Source: Macrostomum lignano
Lineage: Eukaryota
DNA: 64,000 nucleotides
Direction: 5' to 3'
Assembly: GCA_002269645.1 (NCBI GenBank)
Contig: NIVC01000405.1
Location: 304,956-368,955 of the forward strand
Part shown: positions 11,647 through 24,378 of the stretch, piece after piece
Position numbering within the stretch: position 1 is the first letter of the stretch
Layout of the letters: each line of letters starts with the position of its first letter
The notes under the pieces: model-generated
The model's database searches: none
Seen by the model: only the letters and a program-made list of their open reading frames with translations
What the model was told of the DNA's origin: nothing
Position numbers and translations under genes: made by a program

Positions 11647-14221
11647 ATTGGATATTTTTAGAGCTAGTTTAACCTCTCTGCAATTAGGGTATAGTAAAAA
11701 AATATTACAATATAAGAAATGTTGCAGTGCATGTTTTGCTACTAGTTAGTAGTATCTAGTATGAGCTAACTTATTTTATTTCTTTCACGATTCGTTTCTT
11801 TTATGGACTAAAAGCATACATGCAACATTATATTGAGAAGCAGAGAAGGACACGCAATAAATATGGATTCAATAATTTATTCACTTATTAGCTAATTTAA
11901 ATGCCATTTCAAGGCATACCCAACCCAGGATGCTTTCGAAACAAATATGCCATTTTGCAAGCATCAAAGAAGTGCAACCTTTAAACTTCTTGAGTACAGT
12001 TCTAAAATGCTCAAACTTTCGGCAGGCACATTCACATGGTATTTCTGTGAAACTTTATGCATCAATAAAACAAACATAAAAGAGAATGTAGGTCAAATTT
12101 AAACTTATTTAAATAATCCTGCTGTCCACAGAGAATACAATCTGGAAACTTTTGCAACACCCCTCATATATCAGTAACTGGGTGTTTGCTGTATAAATAA
12201 GAACAGTTACTAAAAATACCACAATTTATTCAAATTATTGCCAACATTCCTGTCCTACTTCTAGACATAGTAAACATCTTGCTTTGGTCTAGAATCAACT
12301 GAATCGATTTGGTTGCTATTGACAAGCAAATAACATGAAAAGCTCTTCCAATCACTGTGTACTTCAGTGCAGCAAATTGTGGCAAATGCAAAGTAGCATG
12401 TGAAGGCTAATATTATATGTTTAAACAGGCTAGCTGGGCCAATAAAAAAAGTAAGTTTCTGTTAATAGAAAGAGCAATATCTGGGATCATGTCTAGCCCA
12501 AATTTAATATCCAAAATGATGTTAAATTTTGACAGCTAAACATGCACAATCATTGACCAGATGGTTCTTGATTCCAAGTTTTAGAAGCTATTAGGATGAT
12601 AAGTTGGATGCCAAAAAACACCAGCAATTCAATAGTATGAGTTCAATGGGATTATGGGAAGGCAATTGACATCCTACACTATTGATAGGAAAGGTGTGAT
12701 CTTTACTAGTGGCTATGCGGAAAATACATCCTATCAATCTGATGACAACATGTAAGACTTGTTAATCATCCACTGAAGGATAAAGCCATATCTGACATTG
12801 ACAAAGCAGATTTTGTGGCAACATTTTTAATACTATTATATAGTGTGCAACTATTTCTGTTTGTTGCTTTTTCAAATCTATGGTCAGACCTTCACAATAA
12901 AACATGTGGCTTTTAATGATATAAGTTCATAGTATAAAACTGTTTTGCAATTAGACCCCTATAGCCTAAGCTAATACTTAAAAGGGAAAGGACTTATGGG
13001 AATATCCATCTCTTGTAAATACTACTATAAGAGTGCAAGCTAATGGACTATCTAAATTTTCTAGTGTGGATAAATGACACATTCAGCCTTTCTAGCCTAT
13101 AGTACTTTAAAGTGGCTAGTCAAGACATTCATCAAAAGCATCAAAGCTAGCTACACTTGCCAAGCTTATTACAAGATAACTAGATGAGTTTTGGCTACAT
13201 AATGGTTTACATTTATATTTAGATGACACAAAAACTATTTTTTTCTAGTAGTAAAGAAGCCTTCATAAGTAGAATTTAATATATTTTTACAATATTTTTT
13301 TTATTTTTGACTTTTCATACCAAAACTTACCATTTTTTATGAAATTAAATACTAGCTAGTGCCTAGGCCTAGGCAAAACTATAGTGAAATAGTAATATAA
13401 TTGCAAGGCCTATAAAATAAAATTAGATAGGAAGAGAAGCCTTTAGTTATATCAGAAATAGATATGACTTCTATATAGATAGCCAACTTAGGGAAAATAC
13501 AATTATTTATATATAATAGAAGGAACATATATAGATAATAAGGTAAATAATAAGAAGCCTTGTCTATTATATCATTCTTTTAATAAAAATATATTTATAT
13601 ATATTTTTCTCTTTGTTATATAGTTTTTTTGTTGAATTTTAATTCTATATAATTTTATTGCAAAGTCAGTCTAGATGCATTTAGGAAAAATCTACTCACC
13701 TATTTATACTAAAATCTTCTTTCTCTATGTATTGCATATTGGCCATTGTTATGAAAGCATCTAATATCTACCATAAAATTGGAAATGTGACTTTGGTATA
13801 TTTTCTTATGATAATATACTATATATTTTGCAACTTAAAAAATGTCTATGGTCTAGTCCAATCCAAACTTCTATGGTCTTTAACAAGTTAATAAATAATT
13901 AATAAATAGAAATAAAGTCTTAAGTTTATCAGCTACAGTACTTAACTTTTTAATGTCATGGCTGGACACTCTCCTGCATCATTGTTTATTGTTCTTCCTG
14001 CACAAGTGCATCCAGCATTGGCTTTGTGTGATATGGAAATAACTATGTGAGACCTTGCTATGATGACAGCTATAATATGCAATCTAATATCATCAAGGTG
14101 ATCAGTTCATTGATAGTTATGCTTGGGTCTATCTTGGTTGCCATGCCTAAGTCTTAATCTGGAGATTCCTTTAATGAATGGAACTTGACAATTGCCTACT
14201 TTTGTATATTGTATGCCGAAT

Positions 14222-14423
14222 CAGTAGCTCAACTAGAAATTTTTCAAGGGGGGGGGGGGCGGGGGCAGATTCTGAGGGTAAAGTCTAGGAGGGGGGCAGT
14301 GGAGGGGTGCTCTGTGCCTTTGTTTTTGGCGAAAATTTGCTTTGTCTCTCCTTTGATTTTTTTCAGTCCCCCACCTAAGGGGGGGGGGCGACTACCCCCG
14401 CCCCCCCCCTGGTTGTGCCACTG
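14222..14423. mobile_element. ~200-bp MITE with CAGTGGC-type TIRs and poly-G/poly-C subterminal tracts
   Basis: Left CAGTAGCTCAACTAG vs reverse complement of right end CAGTGGCACAACCAG; flanks TGCCGAAT/TGCCAACC are only a partial 8-bp match. Confidence 0.6.
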
Positions 14424-15309
14424 TGCCAACCAAATACAAGTTTTTTTTAGATTCAAGCATGTCAAATATGTATACCAATGAACAATAAAAGGATAAATGC
14501 ATGCTAGAAAAATTCTGGCATATAGGACAGCTCCTAGCCCTAGGTCTACTCAAGAAATAAAAATGTTTATGAATATCAACAGAGCTATAAAGAAATGCAA
14601 GACATAGGCCTAGGCCTATCCAAAAATGAACAATGGGTCACCTGGACAATGAACAATGCCATAGCCTAGCTCCCTCCTATCAAAAGCAGTAGGCCCCTAC
14701 TAATTTTCATTTTTGTACCTCCTATCCTCGTTATGTATTTTTCAGTAAAACCTTGCCTTTTAAATTTTTTAGGAAACGCAGGCCTAGTTTCCTCCTTAAT
14801 CACAATCACAACGCTGCAACACGCAAGTTCAAACGGCGACCACGTTTAGATAATGCTAGACTAGATAGATTAATAATGATTTGACACCTCACCTAGAGAC
14901 AAAAACTCATTATTGATATGTAGGATTATTTTGCTAATATTAAAAATATGACGCTTTTAATTTCGTTGATGGAAGTCGAGCTCGTGTCGCTGAGTGTCAG
15001 AAGACTTATCAGTCAGTCAATTAAAAACTTGCATTTCTTAAGAATTTTTATGATGTTTTGTTAAACACTGTTGTAATGCAAACTCTAATACTTTTGCCAA
15101 AAATTCTAACAATTAGGTCAGAAAGTGATATATGAGAACGCTTGTTGAAAATTATCTTCAATATTTCTGTAATTTTTTATTATACTGTAACTTTAAAAAA
15201 TTAAATATTTAAAATTGAAGATTTGCACAACAAATTTCAAAGTTTCAAAGTTCGTTTTTCACGCTTTGAAATATTGCGCGCTTGCAAAATACTAGATATC
15301 TTTTTACAA

Positions 15310-15510
15310 AAAACGCTCTTTCAAATACCTTAATAATTTTACAAATATCGTAACTCGCATCGTAACTCGTGTAAAAATTTAACCTTTTGAACAAATTTAA
15401 CTTTTTGAACTTAATCGTAATTAAACAACTAATGCTAAAATAACTTAAATACACAGAAATATACTGGCCAAACAGGCTTCTTGCCTGAGCCAACTTACTA
15501 CTACTACTAC
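15310..15510 (+). repeat. Dispersed repeat ending in (TAC)n, copy 1
   Basis: CTTAAATACACAGAAATATA[C/T]TGGCCAAACAGGCTTCTTGCCTGAGCCAA(A)CTTACTACTAC shared with 60925-61092. Confidence 0.75.
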
Positions 15511-16260
15511 TAAAAAATTTTAAAATATAGTTCTCTATCAGTTAGTTATAGCTTCTTGAAAAAAATTGCTTTATGCAAGCAAAACTTCTTTCGCAGTGTC
15601 TGCGGCATTGTGAAAAAGGTTTTAGCTACAAAGTGTGTCAACTTACTAACTGTAGTTTTCCTACTTTTTTGCGTCGCCTTGCCCCTGATAAAAACTTTTA
15701 ATCATTATTTGTAAAGATTAGGCCTAGACCGCCTAGGGGCCTAGTCTAACTAAGCTAAGGCTTATTTCTACATGAATAAAATGCACTTGCTATTGTGACT
15801 GTATAAATAGGAAAATGATAGTTTATATGCTCAGTGTGTAAGAAACTATCGGAGCATAAGCTTTTAACCTAATGTAGGCCTAGGCCTAAGCTGGCTAAGC
15901 ATATTTATATATTTATTTATACCGCGCACCATATATATATATATATATATAGGCCTATATAACAAAACTATTGTTTTTATAGTTGCCATTCCATAGGCCT
16001 GCCTATGGTATGGCCAAAAATAGGCCATATGTATGGCAATGGCAACTATAATCATAGTCAGGAAGGTGGCACAGTGTGTGCTAGAATAATTTTTGGGAAA
16101 AGATCTATGTGCCATTTATATACCTTAGTTTAGATTGTATATTATTATTATGTCTAATAATATACAGTGGTAGTTTAATATTAAAAAAATAAAACCTTAT
16201 TTCTAATGTCATGGTTGTCATAGTATACTAAATGACCTTCTTTGACCTTTTATCCTTTTA

Positions 16261-18205
16261 TCACGAGTATAACTTTTGTACTAGTGCTATGCCTTTATCA
16301 TAGTATACTCGAATGTTCTTTCAATGTAATAACTGTATATTCGAATCTTTCTTAGAAACTGAATCTACGCGAACGCCAAATAATAGTTTGTTTTAATGCG
16401 CGAAATAAATTGGAGAATTATTTTTTTGTTTTAATCGTATGTGGGGAAAATCACTATATATAGGAGCGGTTTTGCGACAAATATACTCTAACTGTCTTTT
16501 ACTCGTGAGCAAATAATTGCGAACAGAATAAGCAGTTCAATCTAAACCATTTCAAAGTCTTTGAGCTAAATAGCGACTTATTTATTTGCAAAACCTGTGA
16601 AACGATTCTAAGAAATTTGCTAAGAGAAGGGAATTGGGACTAATTCTTGGAGATATACCAAGAGAGGCGCCGTGACCCTCTAGTCTCGGTGAACGCCCGA
16701 TTAGGACTATTCACTAATACATATACCAGTACTAGACCGCTCAGGCCATAAGCTACTAGAACGCTACCAGAAAGCAAGCCATAAGCTACCAGAAACGCTA
16801 CTAAGAACGCTACCAGAAACGCTACTAAGAACGCTACCCAGAAATATTTAAATGAAATTCTAAGAAATAGTTAGGGAGTAAAAGCAAGTATAATCAGGAT
16901 AACTGTAGTTGGCAAATCGGTGGGATTAAAATTGATAAAGTAAGAGGTGAAAGGCCTGTAACAACTTTGGTGGCAGCTCGTAGGATATTTAATAAACACT
17001 AATAGTTAGAAGTTTAGAAAGACAGAGCCAAAAGGCCTGTCACACTTTGGCCGTCAACTTTTCTGTCAACTTTTCCGTTAACTTTTCCGTCAACTTTTCC
17101 GTCAACTTTTCCGTTAACTTTTCCGTCAACTTTTCCGTCAAGTATTCCGTCAACTTTTCCGTCAACAATTTATTGTTCTGAAAAAACATATGTGACTTTC
17201 TCAAATACTAATAGGATCGTCATGCGAGTAGCTCTTTGATCATTTATTGTGTTTGCATGCTTATATATATCGATGAAAAAACAAGCCTGCGTTAGTAACA
17301 ACGTACATATCTTTTCCATTTTCCCTAGTACCAGCGCTTTATTTCACAAAGATAAATCGATGAACAAGTGCAGATGTTGTAGTGCAGGTAGTGCAGCAAT
17401 ACCAATTAAATTCTGGAACATGTCACGCTGGAAATTTTTGGGTGTGTTTTTTTATTTCTAATTTATACATGTACATGTGTATATACTCAACAAACTTAAA
17501 GCATGTATAAGGAACTAAGGAAACTGCACTTATGCAAAAAATTAACACTTTCCATTCAGAGTACACAAAAAGTTTGATAGAATATATTTTACGGACTTGC
17601 ATAAATGTTGATGAAATAGAGCCTCTTCACGGCAATCGGTTCTAGAACCAGAATAAATTCGAGTTCTAGAATCAGAACCAGTGTGAAATGAGGAGCTTCG
17701 AACCCATTTTATGTTTGACAGTCTTTACAATTAGATTTTTTCGTTCTTTGACTTCGTTTCCTCTTGGATATGACAAAAAAGGAATAATTATGTAACAATA
17801 ATAAAAAATTGACGATTTCAAATATATTTTACTGTTAAAGTGTAAACATGACAATGGTTCGAGAAAATTTCTCGAACCATATTCTAGAACCAGAACCATG
17901 TTCCGGAACCGGTTCCGTTTTTCGAACCGGCGATATGAAGAGGCTCATATAGTTAACGGAAAAGTGATGAGATATTTGGCGGAAAAGTTAACGGAATAGT
18001 AAACGGAAATGTTGACAGAAGAGTTAACGGAAAAATTTATCGGAATACTTGACGGAATAGTTAACGGAAAAGTTAACGGAAAAGTTGACGGAATAGTTAA
18101 CGGAAAAAGTTATTTATCCTACTAACACGAAAAGTTGACGGAATAGTTGACGGAATAATTAACGGAAAAGTTGACGGAAAAGTTGACGGCCAAAGTTATA
18201 CTCGT
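16261..18205. mobile_element. 1.9-kb non-autonomous element with 14-bp TIRs, 14-bp flanking direct repeat and internal inverted 12-bp arrays
   Basis: TIR ACGAGTATAACTTT (16263-16276) / AAAGTTATACTCGT (18192-18205); CTTTTATCCTTTTA at 16247-16260 and 18206-18219; (AACTTTTCCGTC)n at ~17045-17165 inverted against (GACGGAAAAGTT)n at ~17950-18195. Confidence 0.6.
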
Positions 18206-20009
18206 CTTTTATCCTTTTACCTTTTTAGGCCCCCATAGTCAAGATGATGTACATTACGCCGGACTTTTTTTTGCGTACAGTTGGCATAAAAAATGAGGCA
18301 AAATATATTTGGCGTACCTTTTGGAGTGATGCCGTGGCGTAAATACGCCAAGTAGCATATGCCAACTCCAACCTTCATGCCAAAGTTAATACTAACAATT
18401 GTTGGCATAATGCCGTAACCTGGGAATCTTATTATAAAACCTTAAAAACCGTAAAACTCGTAAGATGATTAAGTTCATAACTATTTGTGATTTATAAAAA
18501 TTTAAAATTCCATGCAGACTAATCGTGTAATTTTCTAAAAAAACTTAATCAAAAAAATGATTTTTGTTGGCATTATCTGTAAGCCAATTTACTTTGAATT
18601 AAAACCACACATTTGTTAAATAATTTATTTGAAGAAAAAGAAATTTTTGTAACACGCAAAAAAGGTCATTTATTGTCGCAAAGCCTAGAAAACCTGGCAG
18701 AAGTTCCTAGGACCTTGGCGTACGTTTCAGTATGAAGTGGTATAGATTTTTTAGGGGACTTTTTTATTCCAGCATATACCATGACATGATCCTGACTATG
18801 GCTAGGCCCCTATCATAGTAGTACACATTAAAAATGCTATGTATAATATTAATATAGAAATGATGGCCCCTAAGTACATTTTTGCTTAGGCCTAACCTTT
18901 GTTGCGCATCTGCGCATTTTATACATTGAATATTGTAGGGACTAATTGGGCAATTCCATGAGTAGGTTATTACTAGATCAAAAATTAAAACTTTGTTGAC
19001 TATTAACAATTTTGTTTTTAAGTTAAGGCCTAGTTAAGCATACATATATTTTATATAGGCTCCTTTTTATATTTCTCAATAGTTAGGCCTACTTATTTTC
19101 ATTTGAATATTTGCTTAGGGAATAAAATATAATTTTATTCCCTAAACATTTGGTAAACTGATTGATCTGGCTAGCTAGCAAAGGGCCTAGCCAAGGAACA
19201 TTGCAAAAGGGCTTACCTGAAAAGACTCAAGAGCAAGTAATTTGCACATAGTACTAATTAGATGACAAGGTATTAAGCCTTAATATTAAATACAGTTATT
19301 AACTTAGTTAGTATTAAATATAGATATGTTACCAACAAGTAGCACCTCCCATTGCCGCATTGGGATCAAAAAATATAATACATGTTTTATAATAAACTAA
19401 ATATAATATCTCTTTGCAATAGGCCTATACCTCAGTAGTCCCTTATAAGCTTTGACATATCAGTAATTCCTCCCACAAGCCTTAACATTAACTTCCCCCT
19501 TGATATCTCAGCAATGCTTCCTTTAAGCCTTGAAATCTAAAAAAATCTGTCAACCTTCTAACCTTAACCCTAGCCTAAACCTAACCCTTCTTAAGTTTAG
19601 GTTTAGGAATGATTTAGGAATAGATATTAAGGCGCATGACCAAGATGGCCACACACCAAGATGGCCACAGCTCTGAATGGCTGCTTGGATAGGAATAGGT
19701 CTATATATTTCCTCATTTCCTATTGGCTGTGATTGGGGTAGGGTATGATGTAGCTTCAAGTCTCGGAGAAAACAGATTTCGTTGGTGAAATTAGACTAAG
19801 TAAAACAAAAAACACTTCCCTTTACAGCAGGTATTACTACCTACTAAAGCTATAGTAGCACTACTAGCACAAGACATTTAATTTTTGTATCATGGATAAT
19901 AGTTTCAAACCTATCTCAATATACTAAAACTGACGTGTTGTTTGTATATGTTAAAAGTTAAAGGCAGAGGGTAAAGTTATTAGTTATGATAGAAGTAAGC
20001 AAAAATTGG

Positions 20010-20704
20010 AGTGCCCTCTTGTCTCTCATCTTTTCTCTCATCTCAGCCCTCTCGTCTCTAATCTTTTCTCTCTCTCATCTCTGCCCACTCCTCTCTCATC
20101 TCTTGCCCTCTCCTCTCTCTCATCTATTCTCTCTCATGTCTGCCCTCTTCTCTCTTTTCTCTCTCATCTCTGCCCTCTCCTGTATCATCTTTCTCTCTCT
20201 TATCTCTGCCCTCTCCTCTCATCTCTTGCCCTCTCTCTCTCATCTATTCTCTCTCTCATGTCTGCCCTCTTGTCTCATCTTTTCTCTCTCATGTCTGCCC
20301 TCTCCTCTCATCTTTTCTCTCTCTCATCTCTGCCCTCTCCTCTCTCCTCTCCCCACCTCTCTCCTCTCCTCTCTCCTCTCCTCTCTCCTCACCTCTGCTC
20401 TCATCTTCCTTTTCCTCTTCATTCTCTTCTCCCTTTCCTCCTTTCTCCTCTCCATTAATCTCCCTTCTCCTCTCTCTCCGCTCGTATTTAATCTCTCCTC
20501 TCATCAACTCTCTTCTCCTTTATTCCTTCGCCTCTCCTTTATCCTATGCTTGTATTTCTCTTCTCTATTCCTTACCCTCTCTCCTCACCTCTGGCCCGCT
20601 CTGTCATCAGGACTCCTCGCTTCGCTTTGGGGGCCAACGAAGCGGACTAGAAGGGCAGTCATGAGCTGGGTTCTCAATCGAGGTAAAAAGTTTGCCAACC
20701 CCTG
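20010..20704 (+). mobile_element. hAT-like MITE right end with CT-rich tract, nested in the 5.16-kb element
   Basis: Ends AAAAGTTTGCCAACCCCTG (TIR CAGGGGTTGGCAAAC reversed); the preceding CATGAGCTGGGTTCTC segment matches 53968-54035 in reverse. Confidence 0.55.
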
Positions 20705-23623
20705 CACTAAAAGCACCTGGCTTAGTCACATTAGATAAAAACTACATGTATAGTGGAATGGGATTGAGAACAACGTGAACTAGCCTCTCTACTCTCAATC
20801 TCTCTACTCTCAGCCTCTATCTACTCTCAAACTCTCTATTCTCAGCCTCTCCACTCTTAGCCTCTCTCTACTCTCAGCCTCTATCCACTCTCAACCTCTA
20901 TCCCCAGCCCCTCTCTACTCTCAGCCCCTCTCTGTTCTCAGCCCCTCTCTGCTCTCAGCCTCTCTCTACTCTCAGCCTCTACTTTCATCTTCTCTCTCAG
21001 CTCAGCTTATATCTAGTTCTAAAATCTGAAGCCATACTCAAACAAAAACTTGTCTTTCGAAAACATGTATCGTCAAAATCTCTGGCCTGCTGTCTCTCTA
21101 TGTCCCTCATATCCTTTGAAACTTCTATCTTCTCTTTTGTTTCCTCTCTCTCTCTTCTCTCTCTCTCTCTCTCTCTTCTCTTCTTTCCTATCTCCTCTCT
21201 CCCATCTCTCTCGTCGATCTTCCCTCACCTCTCTTCTCTTTCATCTTTGCTCTCTCTTCTCATTTATCTCTGGTCTCCACTCTCTCCCCTTAGGAAAGAA
21301 GGAAAGATAGGAAAGATAGATAGCAAACATAGGAAAGAAGCCTATGTTTGAAAAAGTGCCCGACTTGTACCAGCTGAGGCCAGCTAGAAGGCAACGCGGG
21401 AGAGATATTGTTGTAGAATATCCAATCGAGAATATGCCCACCCACCTTCTGGTGGATGGGGGGGGGCAGTGCGCTGTCTTTGCTAAGAGCCAAAAACTAT
21501 TCTAAAAAAATCACTGGAAGGAGCGTGGAGGAGTTAGTCTCCCGTTCGACCCCCGCTGAGTGGCAGAATGGTAGTCAGCCGTGATTGCTTAATCCCCTCC
21601 CAATTAGCGTATTGAAAGTTTGCTCGTGTTGCCCCGTTGGATACCGCTTTTCGCTTATTTACGTGCGCTTTCCATTATATTCAAACTATGTTGTGACTCC
21701 GTGCTCATGTGGCGATGTTTAAATATTTAGGATTTGAGCTCGAACTTTGAGCTAAAATTTAAGCTCGTACGGTATGTGTTTATTCCCTATAAGTCAATAA
21801 TATCTTGGAAACCGGAAAAATTTCTATGGGTCTGCCCCGCAGGAGGTCCTGCCCCGCTGTTTAAAATTTTGTAGGAACAATGGAAGTCTGGGACTGTTGA
21901 AATTAGCACATTTCAGTTTGATTTCTCGTGTTTGTTCGCACCTCGTAGGTCAGTGCGAAATTCTCAATTCTCTCTCCTCTATCATCTCGACCCTCTCTCC
22001 TATTATTTATTTCCTGTCTTATCTCCTCTCTCTCATCTCTCATCTGTACTCTCCTTTAACATCTCTCCTCTTTTTTTCCCAACTCTCCCAACTCTTCTCT
22101 CAACTTTCTCCCCTTTACTCTTTCACCTCCCCTCTCTACTCTCTCCTCCCTCTCATCTCTCCTGCTCTCCCATATCTCTTCTCCTTTCTACTTTCTCCCT
22201 TCTCCATTCTTCTATTTCCTCTCATCTCTTCATCTCTCCTCTTCATCCCTTCCCCTCTCTTCCTGTCCTCTCGATTCTCCCCCTTTATTCTCCTTTCTCC
22301 TTCACTCCACTTCTCTTCCATTGTCTCTCATGTCTGCTCTCACATATTTCTCTTCTCTCTCCACTCGTCTCTATAATCTCTTCCCTCTCCTCTCTCCTCT
22401 GTTCTAGCTCTACTGTTGCATTTCTCGTCTCTGCTTTCTCATCTCTCCTTTCTCCTCTTTCATCTCTCCTATGAGAGATAGAGATATCCTCTTCTCTCTT
22501 CTGTTTGTATCAGACTTGTATCTGTACATGTATTTAGAGGTTCGGCTTATTTTGACGAGATTTCAGAATTGTCAGACTTTGATTGAAGCCTTGCGTCTCT
22601 TGGGTATCAGTACTTGCTGAAAAATACATGCATCTCATATCTGTGCAAATTTGCCGCAGTGCATAAAGAGTACAAATGATATTTACATAAATAAATCTGA
22701 GGCTTCATGCTAAGTGCTGCATGCAAAGTCACTATATTGAGTTATTTATTTACGAGCCAAATTGTTATCATGGTTACCAACCATAGCAGTTGGCTAAAAA
22801 TGTTAAAACTGAAAAAAGATTGCAACGAAAAATAACGATATGGCTGATTTTGAGGTGAGCTGTTTTATATAGATAGATTTTTATCTCCACGCAAGCCAGT
22901 CAGTTATTTAGACTGTATTTATGACTTCCAATCGTATCGTATCAGTATAGGCCAAGATTGAAAAAAAAGTTGCTCTAGGGTTGGCTTGAGTGTAACGATC
23001 CGTGAGGCATCACCACCACTAGGGGAGCAGTGTGAGGACTGTTTGACCATAAATATTAACTCTTTGCTCATTCAAGCTTGAATTGACAGCAACCCCGCCT
23101 ACCTTTTGTATTCAACTTAAACAACAGAATACGGCTCGTATGTAAACTCAATACAAGTGGAAATAAAAAAAACTGCATCAGTTGCCACCCATTCACGATA
23201 TTTCAGTTATTTAAAGATTTCTAGATACCAACGGATTGACAGCAGTTTGTAGCAATGAATAAATTGTTTTTCTATGAAATCTTTCATCAGGCCTGTTCTC
23301 CGAACGTGGGTGCAAAAGGTATCTCATATCTGCATTTTAATAGCTCGTATACGTAGCTCATATAATATCATGCATAATGATGGGGATGATGGGATGATGA
23401 TGAATTACGGAGGCAGAAGTGCACTGAGTCACACATACATGCAGTGACTAGCCCAAGTAAAGGCTGCTTGCTCTGTAAGTGCGACGCAATGAACCCCCCC
23501 ATCCCAAATTTGAGCGTAAAACAAAGTGTAATATCTGGCAAGAAATGTGCACGGTGATTCTTAAATATGCTCCAGGGCTATATTGGGTGCAGCAACTAGG
23601 TAAGTGCGGATTTTTTGGCTTTT

Positions 23624-24378
23624 TTAACTCGTTATGATCTGAAATGGCAATAAGGTACGTGTGGCATGGATAGATGACAACATGCCCTTTGCTCCCTCCT
23701 TTACGTCCTTTGCTGCCTTTCTCTTCTGAGCTGGCCGATCAACTGGATCGCACGTGTGCGGAGCAAGGGCTTCTATGGTTCCATCAGCACGGCGGACTGC
23801 GGAGCCATGACAGTGCAGTGATAAACGCTTAGTGCAGCGATAGTACGTGTTGCCATTTCGCCGCGTTTTTTCATCCATCAGATGGCCAAGGTCTCGTTGG
23901 TCTTTTCGTGACTGCATCCTGCACCTGTAAGAATCTCAAAGGGCTGGGGAGGTGGGCTGCGGGGCGGTGCAAGCTCTGCTGGAGGAATTTGAATGGATTC
24001 TTCCAGAGCTGGATCAGGGTCATTGAAATCTGGATACTGGTAAAGAAAATTTTCTGCTTGTGCCAGAATCAGATGCACTGGTTCTGGATTTTCAGCAGGC
24101 AGAGGAACAGCCGCTGGTCCAGAATTCGGGGCTTGTACATGTACCACTGCAGCATCTGCAGCTTGAGACACTGCTAAGTTACCTGTAGGAGCCTGTCTAT
24201 TGCATTGATTGCAAAGCCAGAAAAACTCACCGACATTTCTCATTGCAGAATACTCATCGATTGTGACGCGACTATCACATGCACGGTGCTGCCAATTCAA
24301 GCATTGAGAACACTCAATTGCTTCTTGTCCATCGCAAACTGGCTGCAGACAGACCACACATGGATATACGCCTGCCAT
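23624..24378 (-). pseudogene. PHD finger + FLYWCH-like zinc finger cassette, frame-broken
   Basis: CVVC...CSQCLNWQHRAC...WLCNQC is a C4HC3 PHD. FEILTGA then a frame change near 23900-23920 to TYYRCTKRLSLHCHGSAVRRADGTIEALAPHTC (FLYWCH/WRKY-like), followed by an early stop. Confidence 0.7.

Noticed and set aside
11900-14150. AT-rich region possibly holding a decayed element
   Set aside because: No recognisable motif, termini or long ORF in any frame examined.
19550-19610. Telomere-like TAACCC/TTTAGG repeats beside the left TIR
   Set aside because: Only a few degenerate units; not a telomeric array.
21340-23600. Transposase remnants inside the 5.16-kb element (e.g. YSRLDILQQYLSRVAF)
   Set aside because: Short fragments only; no DDE motif recognised.
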